Shown piece after piece: positions 24,647-37,519 of a stretch of DNA of 64,000 bases (its first letter is position 1; each line of letters starts with the position of its first letter). The position numbers were made by a program, and so were the translations under genes. The stretch comes from Mobula birostris. Taxonomy: Eukaryota. The notes beneath the pieces are model-generated. The model was not told the origin of the DNA. It made no database searches and saw only the letters and a list, made by a program, of their open reading frames with translations. The stretch lies in assembly GCF_030028105.1 (NCBI RefSeq), contig NC_092382.1, positions 91,828,295 through 91,892,294 of the forward strand, read 5' to 3'.

Positions 24647-27600
24647 AATAGACAATAGACAGACAATAGACAATAGACATAGGTGCAGGAGTAGGCCATT
24701 CGGCCCTTCGAGCCAGCACCGCCATTCGCTGTGATCATGGTTGAATCATCCACAATCAGTATCCAGTTCCTGCCTTATCTCCATAACCTTTGATTCCGCT
24801 ATCTTTAGGAGCTCTATCCATCTCTTTCTTGAAAGCATCCAGAGACTTGGCCTCCACAGCCTTCTGGGGCAGAGCATTCCATAGATACACCACTCTCTGG
24901 GTGAAAACGTTTTTCCTCAACTCCGTTCTAAATGGCCTACCCCTTATTCTTAAACTGTGGCCTCTGGTTCTGGACTCACCCATCAGCGGGAACATGCGTC
25001 CTCCCTCCAGCCTGTCCAATCCCTTAATAATCTTATATGTTTCCATCAGATCCCCTCTCATCCTTCTAAATTCCAGTGTATACAAGCCCAATCGCTCCAA
25101 TCTTTCAACATATGACAGTCCCGCCATCCCGGGAATTAACCTTGTGAACCTACGCTGCACTGCCTCAATAGCTAGAATGTCCTTCCTCAAATTTGGAGAC
25201 CAAAACTACACGCAATACTCCAGGTGTGGTCTCACCAGGGCCTTGTATAGCTGCAGGAGGACCTCTTTGCTCGTATACTCAATTACCCTTGTTATGAAGG
25301 CCAGCATGCTATTAGCTTTCTTCACTGCCTGCTGTACTTGCATGTTTGCTTTCAGTGACTGATGTACAAGACCACCTAGATCTCGTTGTACTTCCCCTTT
25401 TCCTAACTTGACTCTATTTAGATAATAATCTGCCTTCCTGTTCTTACCACCAAAGCGGATAACCTCACATTTATCCACATTAAACTGCAACTGCCATGCA
25501 TCCGCCCACTCACCCAGGCTGTCCAGTTCACCCTGCATTCTCATAACGTCCTCCTCACATTTCACACTGCCACTTAGCTTTGTGTCATCTGCAAATTTGC
25601 TAATGTTACTTTTAATCCCTTCAACTAAATCATTTACAAAACAGCTGCGGTCCCAGCATCGAACCCTGCGGTACCCCACTGGTCACCGCCTGCCATTCCG
25701 AAAGGGACCCGTTAATCACTACTCTTTGTTTCCTCTCAGCCAGTCAATTTTCAATCCATGTCAATACTCTTTCCCCAATACCAAGTGCCCTAATTTTGCC
25801 CATTAATCTCCTATGTGGGGCTTAATCGAAGGCTTTCTGGAAGTCCAGGTACACAACATCCACTGGCTCTCCCTTGTCCATTTTCATAGTTACATACTCA
25901 AAAAATTCCAGAAGATTAGTCAAGCACTATTTCCCCTTCGTAAATCCATGCTGACTCAGACTGATCCTGTTATTGCTATCCAAATGTGTCGTAATTTCAT
26001 CTTTTATAATTGACTCCAGCATCTTTCTCACCACTGACGTCAGACTAACCAGTCTATAATTGTCTGTTTTCTGTCTCCCGCCTTTCTTGAAAAGTGGGAC
26101 AACATTAGCCACCCTCCAATCTACAGGAACTAATCCTGAATCCATCGAACATTGGAAAATGATTACCAATGCGTCCACGGTTTCTAAAGCCACCTCCTTA
26201 AGTACCCTGGGATACAGACCATCAGGTCCCGGGGACTTATCAGCCTTCAGACCCAAAAGTCTATCCAACACCGTTTCCTGCCTAATATAAATTTCCTTCA
26301 ATTCATCCATTCCCTTAGGTCCTTTGGTCACTATTATATCTGGGTGATTATTTCTGCCTTCCCTAGTGAAGACAGATCCAAAGTACCTGTTCAACTCGTC
26401 TGCCATTTCCTTGTTCCCCATAATAAGTTCATCCGTTTCTGTCTTCAAGGGCCCAATTTTGGTCTTAACTTTTTTTTTCATTTTCACATACCTAAAGAAG
26501 CTTTTACTATCCTCCTTTACATTCCTGGCTAGTTTACCTTCGTACCTCATTTTTTCTCTGCGTATTGCCTTTTTAGTTATCTTCTGTTGCTATTTAAAAG
26601 TTTCCTAATCCTCCGGCTTCCCACACATCTTTGCTATGTTATACTTATTCGCTTTCATTTTTATACTGTCCTTTATTTCCCTTGCCAGCCATGGCCTCCC
26701 CTTACTCCCTTTAGGATCTTTGTTCCTCTTTAGAATGAACTGATCCTGCACCTTCCGCATTATTCCCAGAAACACTTGCCATTGCTGTTCCACTGTCATC
26801 CCTGCTAGGGTATTGTTCCATTGAACTTTGGCCAGCTCTTCCCTCATAGCTCCATAGTTCCATTTGTTCAGCTGTAATACTAACACTTCCGATTTTCCCT
26901 TCTCCCTCTCAATTTGTAGATTAAAACTTATCATATTATGGTCACTACCTCCTATTGGCTCCTTTACCTCGAGGTCCCTGATCAAATCCGGTTCATTGCA
27001 CAACACTAAATCTAGAATTGCCTTCTCTCTGGTAGGCTCCAATACAAGCTTCTCGAAGAATCCATCTCAGAGGGGCTCCACAAACTCCCTTTCTTGGGGT
27101 CCTGTACCAACCTGATTCCTCCAGTCTACCTGCATGTTGAAGTCCCCCGTAATAACTGTAGCATTATCTTTGCGACATGCCAATTTTAATTCTTGATTCA
27201 ACTTACACCCTACATCCAGACTACTGTTTGGGGGCCTGTAGATAACTCCCGTTAGGGTCTTTCTACCCTTAGAATTTCTCAGTTCTTTCCATACTGACTC
27301 TACGTCTCCTGATTCTATATCCCCCCCTCACAAGGGACTGAGTATCGTTCCTCACCAACAGAGCAACCCCACCCCCTCTGCCCATCAGTCTGTCCTTTCG
27401 ATAGGACGTATATCCTTGAATATTCATTTCCCAGGCCCTGTCCACTTGAAGCCATGTCTCTGTTATTCCCACAACATCACACTTGCCAATTTCCAACTGT
27501 GCCTCAAACTCATCCACTTTATTTCTTGTACTTCGTGCATTCATATACAATACTTTTAATTCATTACTCCCCTCACCTCCCGTATCAGTTCCTATTTCAC

Positions 27601-27735
27601 TTGGCCATACTGTACGATCCCTTCTTGAGCTTTCTACTCCGTTGGTTCTGTTGTCTTTCTTAAATTTTCTTATTCTCTCTTTCCCTTTAAATCCATCCTT
27701 ATATTTCCAGTTAGTCCCCTCCACCCCCCTCACTA
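24647..27735 (-). mobile_element. Near-full ORF2 CR1 LINE (endonuclease and RT, frameshifted)
   Basis: LKVLYMNARS..GITETW, ILDLVL..GSDHN, SPGPDG..P, SQHGF, KFADDTK; (CAATAGA)n tail. Confidence 0.95.
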
Positions 27736-28044
27736 CTTAGTACCTCTAACTTTTCTGAGCTCAAGCTGGTAAAACGTGGGCTATGGGCATAAACACGCAC
27801 ACTCATTTCCCAATTGCTTGGAGCTTACGGACTATTCTAGTGATGTTTAGGATTGTGGATTTAGGGACATTTACATGAATATCGGTTTCCATATGTTCTG
27901 TGCGTTTGGAATGGCTGTATGTATTCAGTAAGTGGTCTTTGTTTGTTTATCCTGTGTTATTATGTCTGGGCGGGTATCCTGGATTGTCCTGTCTGCAATA
28001 ACGGATCTGTCGGAATACAATTTGCGGGACCCAGACTCGAAAAT

Positions 28045-29790
28045 TGTCATTGTCCGGATCGGGGTCCCTTTAAATTTACCTTGTTTATGTTACGATCCGG
28101 ACCGTTGATTCCCTGTTTTCCCGTGCCCCTCGACTTTGGTGATTAGAGGCAATTAACACTCGGCTGAACCGGTAGTTTATAGTCTCCGGCTTTCAGCCGT
28201 TCGGCGCGGGAGCGTCAGCAAAGTCATCCAAGGTACGGTATGCTGATGTCATCTGGCCGGAGCAAGCCTACTCTCTGCCGAAGCGAGTGCCGGTAATTCG
28301 CCTCTTCTCACCGGAGCAACCCTGTCCAGTTACCTCGCCAAAGCGAGCCTGCAAAGTTTCCTAACCGAGGTGGGACCGTCAGTTAACCTGACGGAGGGAA
28401 TCAAGAACCGCTGTCTACTGTTCCCGAGCCGAGTAGAGAGCTCGCCACTACTCGGAGGCTCCAAGCCAAGTCCTGGCTCTGGCAGCATTCAAGTTCCAAG
28501 CCAAGTCCTGGCTCCGACGGCATTCAAGTTCCAAGCCAAGTCCTGGCTCCGGCGGCATTCAAGTTCCAAACCAAGTCCTGGCTCCGGCGGCATTCGAGTT
28601 CCAAGCCAAGTCCTGGCTCCGGCAGCATTCAAGTTCCAAGCCAAGTCCTGGCTCCGGCGGCGTTCAAGTTCCAAGCCAAGTCCTGGATCCGGCGGCGTTC
28701 AAGTTCCAAACCAAGTCCTGGCTCTGGCGGCGTTCAAGCACCAAGCCAAGTCCTGGTCCCGGCGGCATTCAAGCACCAAGCCAAGTCCTGGTCCCGGCGG
28801 CATTCAAGCACCAAGCCAAGTCCTTGTCCCGGCGGCATTCAAGCGCCAAGCCAAGTCCTGGCCCTGGCGGCATTCAAGCACCAAGTCAAGGCCTGTCCCT
28901 GGCGGCATTGAAGCACCAAGTCAAGTCCTGACCCTGGCGGCATTGAAGCACCAAGTCAAGTCCTGGCCCTGGCGGCATTCAAGCACCAAGTCAAGTCCTG
29001 ATCCTGGCGGCATTCAAGCACCAAGTCCAGTCCTGATCCTCGCGGCATGCAAGCACCAAGTCAAGTCCTGGCCCTGGCGGTCTGTGATTCCTGTCCTACT
29101 CCCTTGTCTGAATCCCTTCTCTGCCCCTTTCGCCTCTAGCCCTCGTCTGCAGCTCCCGCCTGCACTTCGGTCTAGTTCCATCGCCAGGGCTAGATAGGTA
29201 CTGTCTGGTGTGCTTTGGTCTTGTCTTGTCTCGTCCTCGCCTCCGTGGGATAAGTCAGGCCGTCTTGCTGTTGCCCCGCGGGGGGTCATGAGTCCCGGCC
29301 CTATGTCTTGTACCCAAGGTGGGGTCCCGACTCTCTGTTCGGTGTGTGAATACCGGCCCTATGTCTTGTACCCAAGGAGGTGTCCCGACTCTGTGTTCTG
29401 TGTATGTGTCCACGGTTCCATGTACCTGCTCTCCCGAGACCGAGGCTCTGTTTTCCATGTTCCTCCTCTCCCTAGCCCATGTCATGTCCTTGCCTGGTTC
29501 TGGGGTCCGAGCCCGACGCAAGACCCAGGTACTGGGTCCTTGCCCAGTCTCGGGCTCGGAGTCCATACCCTAGCCTCTTCATGTCTCCTCCAGTTCTGGG
29601 AGCCGATTCTGAGTCCAAGCCCAGACCCTTGTTCCAGCCTAGTCGTAGTCCTGAGTCCTTGTCCAGTTCGCTATTTCCTGCTCGTGCCTTCCTCCCTTGG
29701 TATCGAACAATAAACTAAATCTAAGTAACCTCACAAGTTGTGTCATGCATTTGGGTCCACCCTTGCTCTCAATGCCCTGCCATTGTGACA
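28045..29790 (+). mobile_element. Solo LTR (Gypsy-like) with internal minisatellite
   Basis: TGTCA...TGACA termini, AAAAT/AAAAC flanks, AATAAA near 29708; shares sequence with the LTRs at 15181 and 55766. Confidence 0.75.
28461..29079. repeat. 35-bp minisatellite, ~17 copies
   Basis: Unit CCAAGCCAAGTCCTGGCTCCGGCGGCATTCAAGTT. Confidence 0.95.
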
Positions 29791-30349
29791 AAAACTGGAC
29801 CAGGCTTGTATTTGTAATGAGGTAGGGGATTTTTATGAGTTTGCATTTTAAAGGGAGATTGTGGTAAATAAGACTTTTTCCAGGTGATTGTGCCTATGCA
29901 AGTGATGAAATTCAGTTAAACTGCTGGAGGAAACTGAAATGTTTGTTTCTGGTTGTTTTCTCGGCATTTTCTGCATTAATAGTCTTCAGTTTATTGGTCT
30001 TTTATTCTGTTTTTGATACTTTTCAAGTTAGCCACGTGGTCCTGTGTCGGCACAAGGAGCCCGATTCTGGGCAGAAGTCTTCAACTCCTTGAACTCTTCC
30101 TTGAACGCCGAGGGAAACAGTCTGCCCAGATTGGGGGATGTCTACCAAGGAGGGTCACACTCTTCCCCTGGTCATTTTCTTTTCCTGTTGTACTGATCAT
30201 TTCCTCATTGTTTCTGGGTTATACTTCATTCAATCTTAGTAGTGTGTGCTTCTTAACAGAATGCATATGCTCGCGTGGAGTGCTGAATTTTCTTTTCAAT
30301 AATGAAAAAAAAAATCTTTGGAAGTTTCATCTGACAGTTGAGTAAATTT

Positions 30350-30980
30350 AGACCAGGATCAGAATGAGGTTTATTATCACCGGCATGTGTCGTGAAATTT
30401 GTTAACTTAGCAGCAGCAGTTCATTGCTATTTCATAATATAGAGGAAGAAATAATAATATTAACAACAACAAATAAATAAGTAAATCAATTGCAATGTAC
30501 GTGTATTGAATAGAATAAAAATCGTCAAAAACAAACATGATATATATTAAAAAAGGAGGTAGTGTTCACGGGTTCAATGACCATTTAGGAATCGGATGGC
30601 AGAGGGGAAGAAGCTGTTCCTGAATCGCTGAGTGTGTGCCTTCAAGCTTCTGTACCTCCGACCTGATGGTAACAGTGAGAAAATGGCACGCCCTGGGTGC
30701 TGGGGGTCCTTAATAATGGACGCTGCCTTTCTGAAACACTGCTCCCTGAAGATGTCCTGGGTACTTTGTAGGCTTGCACAAGATGGAGCTGACTAGATTT
30801 ACAACCATCTGCAGATTCTTTCGGTCCTGTGCAGTAGCCCCCTCCCTTCGCCCCCCCCCCCATACCAGACAGTGATCAGCCTGTCAGAATGCTCTCCACG
30901 GTGCATCTATAGACGTTTCTCAGTGTTTTTTGTTGACATACCAAATCTCTTCAAACTTCGAATGGAGTGCAGTCGCTGTC
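30350..30980 (-). mobile_element. Rex1/L2-type LINE 3' end fragment
   Basis: GATGGCAGAGGGGAAGAAGCTGTTCCTGAATCG and CTGATGGTAACAGTGAGAA (reverse: FSLLPSGRRYRS..T.RFRNSFFP); AATAAA-type tail. Confidence 0.65.
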
Positions 30981-30984
30981 TAAC

Positions 30985-31760
30985 TATAAGACCACCGCCG
31001 GATGCAAACTGAATTGCCGCCACTGTCCCTTGCCCCTGGGTCCGCTGTGTTGCGTTCCGCCGCTGCGGGCTGTGCTGCACTGTGGCGGGCCGCTGTGAGA
31101 CCGGTGGTAGTTATTGGTGCACCGCCTGGTATGCGTCCTGGAGCCGCCCTTCGGCGCCGGGGTAGAGTGTTGTCCCCGGTACAGCCACACGGGCCCCCGG
31201 CGGGACAGCAGGTCCAGGACAATGATGCAGGACTCGCGGATGTCGGCCAGCCACACCGCGTGATCCACTGTGTTTTTTCCCACTACGATGCGCAGTCACC
31301 TCTTCCCTCTCATCAGCGCACGGTCGCCAGCCGGACCACCGTCTTTAAGCACCCTGGCGCGGATGGCCGGTCCGTTTCCGAGGCATCTGCTGCCCTCCAC
31401 CACGCAGTCCGTGGACAAGCCTTGCTCTTCAGCCAAACGGTCCACCCGGAGAGGCGGCACCGGAGGGGTTCTGCTGGAGGTCTCAGGCGGCGCCGCCCGC
31501 TCGACGTTTCCCGGTGGCTGCGCTGGGCTGTGGCGTGGTGCAGTACCGGGCCAAATGGCCAGTCTCGCCACACCGGTAGCAGATATCAGTCCACGGCACG
31601 CTTCGGAGCCGTGTCCCCCAGGTTGGGGAGCTTGGGTACGCTCAACCCCGTCGGGGTTCTCTGGGACGGCCGGTTCATACGTTCTCCCACCGTGTCAGCG
31701 TCCCGCCTTGGATACCCGGCCCGCGAATGCGTGGGAGGGAAACTGCTCGGTCCCTCGACT
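30985..31760 (-). mobile_element. Gypsy LTR-retrotransposon gag-protease relic
   Basis: Minus-strand CCHC knuckle ICYRCGETGHLARYC (~31540-31584), then protease-like DCVVEG.RC and VGKNTVDHAVWLADIRESCIIVLDLL. Confidence 0.8.
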
Positions 31761-31869
31761 TGTATCAGATATCAGACCTGCCAGTCCACAACTGTGCTAC
31801 AAGTTCATCCACCTATCGTTGTAGACGGTGAAGTCAGAATTCACACCTGCAGTCCTGTATTCGTCACTC

Positions 31870-32990
31870 TTTTCCACTTTGTCCCCCTTTTACGTTTCAA
31901 CTCATCCCCTTGACTACGATGTTGCCCCATCATCAGGCTATTCTTGCTAGCGGTCTCACTACACACTGCTCCTATTTGCTTAACCAACTACCCCACCCTC
32001 AGCCCTATCATTCTGGTTCCTACCCCCCTGCCAATTTCGTTTGAACTCTCCAGAGGACCTCTAGCAGACTTGACCGCACAGATATTGGTCTCCTTCGGGA
32101 TCAGGTGTAACCCGTCCCATGTGTATAAGTCGTACCTTCCCCAGCAGAAATCTCAATCATCCAGATATTTGGTCCCCTGGCCCCTGCGCCAGTTCCTGGG
32201 CCACGTATTTATCTGCCAAATTCTCCTATTCTTACCATCACTGGCGAGAGGCTCTGGAGCAAACTAGTGTCCATCACCCTGTTGTCTTGCTTTTCAGCTT
32301 TCTACCACGCTCCCTGACATCTCTCTTCAGGACCTCCTCAATTAACCTGCCTATGTCATTGCTGCCAATTTGGGCCAAGACTTCGAGCTGTTCGCCTTCC
32401 CCTTCAGAAGGCCGTGAACCTGACCCGAGATATCCCTGACCCTGGTATCTGGGAGGCAAGACACCATTCGGGTGTTTCCATCGCGTCTACAGAATCTCGC
32501 CACTATTTCTCCATCCATGGACTCTCCTCTCAATATTGCAGTGCTCTTCACCTCTCCTCTCTTCCGACCCTGAGCACCAGAGACCCGGCGCTGCGGCTCC
32601 CCTCTGGTAGTTCGTCCTGCTCAACAGTATCTATAACAGTATACTCATTACTGAGGGAAACGGCACGGGAGTTCTCTGTACTGGCCACCCATTTCCATTC
32701 CTCCTTCTGACAACCATCCAGTAACCCGCCCACTGCAGCCGAGGGTGACGGCTTCCCTGTAGCTCCTATCTATCACTTCCTCAGTCTCCCGTGTGAGCCG
32801 AAGGAAATCGAGCTGGAGTTCCAGTTCCTGACCACATTCCCCGAGGAGTCGAGGTTCGGTGCACCTGGTGTAGATGGGATTATCCTGGAGGCTGGAATTC
32901 TCATAGAATTCCCACATCTCTCACACAGAACGCAACCCAGTCCCTGGACCATTCTCACTGCACTAACGGAGTACTCGCAGACCAGCGATG
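31870..32990 (-). mobile_element. CR1 5' part (ORF1 esterase region), degraded
   Basis: CLPDTRVRDIS..GEGEQLEVLAQIGSNDIG (SGNH-esterase ORF1 of CR1). Confidence 0.8.
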
Positions 32991-33329
32991 AGGAAAGGAG
33001 GAGGAGGAGGAGGAGATGGAGAAAGAGAAGAAAGAAGAAGAGACGTACTAGATACCTACCTCAACAAGCCTGATGAGCAAATAATTCTAATATTTGACTT
33101 AATTGTTTGCTTTACGATGAAGAAGCGTGAATTTTAAATCGCCAATTTGTAGAAGCCGGTGGCAATGTATAATTCGGTTGCTTATTTCTGATTTTATACT
33201 CTATTTTCTCCCGATTCTGTAAACGAGAGAGCGGGTTTAAAGCCGTACAAAACAATAGTGGGCTTAGAGAGTCGACCAGGAACGGCTCCATGTGATTTTG
33301 CAAACGGCGGTTGTTCTTTTACGGATATT

Positions 33330-33720
33330 AATAGATTATAGTGTCCCAATACTTCACCAGTTACTGTGGGAATTTCACAGGTATTGGGTGTAGCTTAGAT
33401 ATTTTAAGAGCTTCTATTAACCACGTGTGGGGCAGAATCAAGTGCTTTATGGCACTCAGTATAACAGCGTGAAAGATTTCTGCTTTTTGGCCGGACTTGA
33501 TTTAGAATTGAAGAATCTGCGCTTCTGTAAGTATATTATGGTAATCTAAGTGAGTGCTGAGTAGTTGCGAGATACATGGTGTTACAATTTTATATACAGT
33601 TTGTAAACAAGTAATAGGACGATATTTTGATGGGTTGTTTGTGATTTCTCCTTTTGGTAAGAGATATTTTTGTCTTATCAAACATTCGGGCACTTTCTCA
33701 GAATTTTAAGGAAAACGGTT
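33330..33720 (-). mobile_element. R4/Dong-type reverse transcriptase fragment
   Basis: LLPKGEITNNPSKYRPITCLQTVYKIVT..HNILTEAQ and ALDSAPHTWLIEAL. Confidence 0.75.
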
Positions 33721-33928
33721 GATATGTTTTGATAGGTACGGATCAATACAGATTATTACTATTATTATATTTAAAATAATTTATTCTTAGATAAGTGCGC
33801 TACCCACTAGACGCGCTTTTAAATGTGTAATGCAATAACTCTTCTTTCTAATTCACATAAATGTCATCTATCTTAGCGCAGAATATATTTTATAAGTTAA
33901 CCAACACCCGGTGAAAAGCGATAACAAC

Positions 33929-33929
33929 G

Positions 33930-33963
<34 letters not shown>

Positions 33964-34060
33964 TTTCTCCTCTATCTCTATTTCTATCTATTTCTCTCTT
34001 ACACACACACACTCTCAGACTCACTCTTTCTCTCTCACACACACTCACTCTCTCTCTTTC
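33929..34060. repeat. (CT)n/(CA)n compound microsatellite
   Basis: Visible dinucleotide runs. Confidence 0.9.
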
Positions 34061-34262
34061 TTTGTTTAGCAACAAATGATAACAGCACACCAACGTATTC
34101 AACTGTAATATGTCAACCCTAAACTTATGAAACACTCTGTGGATCATAATTATATCTTCTTTGCCCTGCTTCAAGCTTAGTAAAGATTTTTGCTCCCATT
34201 TCTCCGACATTTTCCCATGCGCTAGGTAACACCATTCACAAACTATGCTTAAATAATTTTAC

Positions 34263-34317
34263 CTTCGGGAAGCGTCAAGAGGAAAAGAACGAGAGAGCCG
34301 CACGTGGCCATGAACAT
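34263..34317 (-). CDS. Siglec/MAG-like receptor exon 1 (signal peptide)
   Basis: ATG..MFMATCGSLVLFLLTLPE, G|GTAAAA donor, phase 1, joining in frame to VSTQMTM of exon 2. The full 8-exon CDS is 1539 nt (512 aa). Confidence 0.78.
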
Positions 34318-34679
34318 TGCTGATCGCACTGGCCGATTCGGAAGTCGAATACTCGGTTTGTTTTCCCATCCGCCCGACCTGGGATGCCTTTGGTAATGGT
34401 TGTTCAGCTGATGGTCAACTCTCATTCCGCTCATCTACCCAGCCCTGCTGACTGTGATTGTCAAGACAGCCTGTTGGTGCTGTGTATTGTGAGATCCCCG
34501 CTCATACCGGCTGCTGGCACGTTAGTGATCAATAAGCTGTTGCTGGATATGCACACACCCAGGGAACACCCCAAAATAACTAAAGAGTTGTTTTCTCAAA
34601 CCAATACTGGTATGCTACTCACGCATCTTCCTTAACCTTTTCTTGTTGTGGTTAATGCATGCGAATCTACACCATATGC

Positions 34680-35250
34680 CCACCGCCCACACTTGCTGAG
34701 GCCTCACTCTTTCCGGAAGCGAATACAACACCGAAGACGTGGATGCCCTCACTGAACTTAGCTTGACCGCCATGTGTTGCGACCTGCGGTTCCTTATGGC
34801 CGCTGGTCTGAGTCAGGCTGGGCGCCTGTGACGTCACAGACGGCAGCAATGTCAGCCGCACGCGGCCCACGCCCTGTCGATGATCTTTCAGACAATTTAA
34901 TTAACGAGAAAGGTCGCATTTCTTTTTGCAGAAATTAAATATTTCGCTTCATTGTTGAAAACTTTTGCAGATATTAAATCGCTGATCCCCCTCATAAATT
35001 AAAGAAAGTTTCAAACAAAGAAAAATTAAATTAAGGAGATTCGGACCTTGTCATCAATTAAAATGCTAATTGATTGCGGAATTGGCGATATTTTGCAATA
35101 GTCTGTCTCGGATTTTGAAGGGTGTGGAAAATGCGGAGGTTTAAGTCCGAACAGTTTTGTTTTAACGTGTTTCTGCCGGCCTGCTGTCTCCTCAGACTAT
35201 TAGTTTGATTTGCCGTTGTAAATTGCACCAACTGCGCGCATGCGTGATGG
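34680..35250. promoter_or_regulatory. Candidate CpG-rich promoter of the Siglec-like gene
   Basis: ETS-like CCGGAAG (~34713), AP-1 TGAGTCA (34809-34815), CRE palindrome CTGTGACGTCACAG (34826-34839), NRF1-like GCGCATGCG (~35236). Confidence 0.45.
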
Positions 35251-36852
35251 AATCTCGGGCAGTTAATGGGAACATGGACAGGGGCAAAAAAGAACAGAAT
35301 TTGCCCGTTTAATGTGAGTTGCATCGAATTCTGTTTCGTTCCAAGACTCCGTGACGGGTTTATTTCGTCCGGCTTTCTGAGAACTCACTCAGAGTGAACA
35401 TGTCATTTTCAGCTGACTTGGGCAGGGGAGGTCGTGTTGTGCCGAAGGGCCCATTTCTGTCCATCACGGTCCTATGTATCTATCTCGGACTTTATTTATT
35501 CAATCCGGAGATCAGGTACACTTCTGTACTGCTCTTTCTTTACATGAGTGAAAATAACCTCTATCGGACAAGGTCAATGTGTGTTGTGTATAATAATCGA
35601 TGTGGAGAGAGATATTTATTCTCCATTCCCCACCCCGCACATCCCGATTGTTTTCCTGTACTTTGTGAACGTCTCGCAGCCTTCGCTTCTGTCACTATTG
35701 TTGCCGCTATTTATTCCGAGCGGTACATTTATGAAAATTCCCAGTTCATTACAGGAAAACTGATTCTTCTTCCTTCCCCATTAGCTAAACCAACAAAGGA
35801 GGTATCTAATGGGTTTCGGTGAGAAATGTTTATTGCTCTTTTGGGCGAAAGCAAACCATTTCTATGCATTGTCGACGTTTAGACCCAAGAACCTAAGTAA
35901 GGCAGCTGATGATCGTGGAGGGGTCGTACCGGCGATGTTTCGTGTTCCAGCTTTCCTGTTCTTCTGGGAGACTACAAAAATGACAGTTTTATGAAATAAT
36001 GAGTTATTCATTAATCGGGGATTTTCAAACCTTGCGGGCTGCTGGTAACTGTCACAATTCATCTTCAATAGAGTTAGAACCTAAACAGCACAACACGGCA
36101 TTTGGAATGGGGAGTACAACCGGAAATGCGGAAAGTTCTCCGGGTTTTAGCAGCACACAAGGAAACAGAAGCCGTAGGAATTTTTATCCAGGTCCCTGTG
36201 ACGATGAAGCATTGATAAAGAGTGAAGACAGGTTAGTTTTCAACAGCAGCGGCGATTGACGAAACGTGGATGGAACAAAGGATAAAAATAATAGGGTAAG
36301 TCAAAGTCAGAGTAGATGTATTATTAAAGTAATATATGTGTCGCCATGGATAACTTGAGATTAATTTCCTTGCAGACAATTGCAGGAACAACGAAATAAG
36401 ATGGAATTTTTTTAAAAAACTGTGCATCTATACGGACAATCAATGTACAAGGAAATACATATTGTGCAAATTTTAACAAATCATCGATTCTTCATTTTCC
36501 CCCTTTGGTTATCTATTGCAAATGGCAAGGCTGCACAACGGGCCAGAATACAGCGGTAGAAGGATAAACGCAGAGACCGTTTCACAGTTGGATGTTTGGC
36601 AAAAGTGTTTTTTTCTGTCGCGGACAGTTGTCCCACCACAGAAGTCTGTTATATGCTAAAAAGGGAAGATGAGACGTTGTTTTTCAAGCTGGAGTTGGGT
36701 CTTGCATTGCACCCGAATAGGTTATGGTCGCTAAGTCAAAGTATTCAACTCCCTGTGATGGTTGTTGACTATTCTCCTCTAATGCACCTGCTTAATCATG
36801 CACAAAACACTTTTATGCAGCGTCTTCATGACCATTTTCTCGAATCCAGAAG

Positions 36853-37500
36853 ACCATAAGACATAAGAACAGCGTTAGTCCATTCAGGCCATCGAGTCTG
36901 CTCCGCCATTCCATCATGGCTGATCCCGGACCCCACTCAACCCCATTCACCTGCCTTCTCGCCATATCCTTTTATGTCATGACCGATCACCATTCGCCTG
37001 AAATATATCCAAGGACTTGCCCTCCACCGCAGCCTGTGGCAGAACATTACACAGATTCCCGACTCTCTGGCTAAAACCATTTCTCTTTAACTCCGTTCTA
37101 AAGGGTCGCCCCTCAGTTTTGAGGCTGTGCCCTCTAGTTCCGGATACCCCCACCATAAGAAGCGTCCTCTCCACACCCCACCCCCCATCTAGTCCTTTCC
37201 ACACAATCCAAATATATATGACATGGATTGGCTTTCAGTTATTAAGTTGTATGTTTAATCCTCAAAGGTCAGCAGATTTCCTTACAGTATTCCTATTTTC
37301 CTTCATCTCCATTCTGCCTGATAGCTTCATGCACTTGCACACAACCTGGGATCATGTCACTAATAATGGGTTCACTGCCTTCCTAACAGAGAGTGCTAGA
37401 CATCCTCCTTTCTTCTATCGTTTCCAGTCCTCTGGAACATTTCCCAAATCTAGTGTGTGTTTTTTCGGTCGATTGCTATTTGCACACCTTAAATCTCTGC
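36853..37500 (-). mobile_element. CR1 fragments including a 3' end
   Basis: TRGHSLK.EGRPFRTE..FSQRVGNL; CCATAAGA tail. Confidence 0.8.
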
Positions 37501-37519
37501 AGCGACTCCCATTAGGATG

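Larger units (their letters stand above)
27740..30345 (-). mobile_element. R4/Dong-type (restriction-like endonuclease) non-LTR relic, interrupted by the LTR at 28045-29790
   Basis: Reverse of 27900-27995 reads ADRTIQDTRPDIITQDKQTKTTY*IHTAIPN (decayed RPD..D endonuclease motif); 29800-29960 resembles the relic at 37930-38100. Confidence 0.6.

Noticed and set aside
28370-29197. 275-aa repetitive ORF
   Set aside because: Translation of a 35-bp minisatellite inside an LTR, cycling through the three frames.
31002-31913. 303-aa plus-strand ORF
   Set aside because: GC-rich antisense shadow of the Gypsy gag-protease relic; no recognisable domain.
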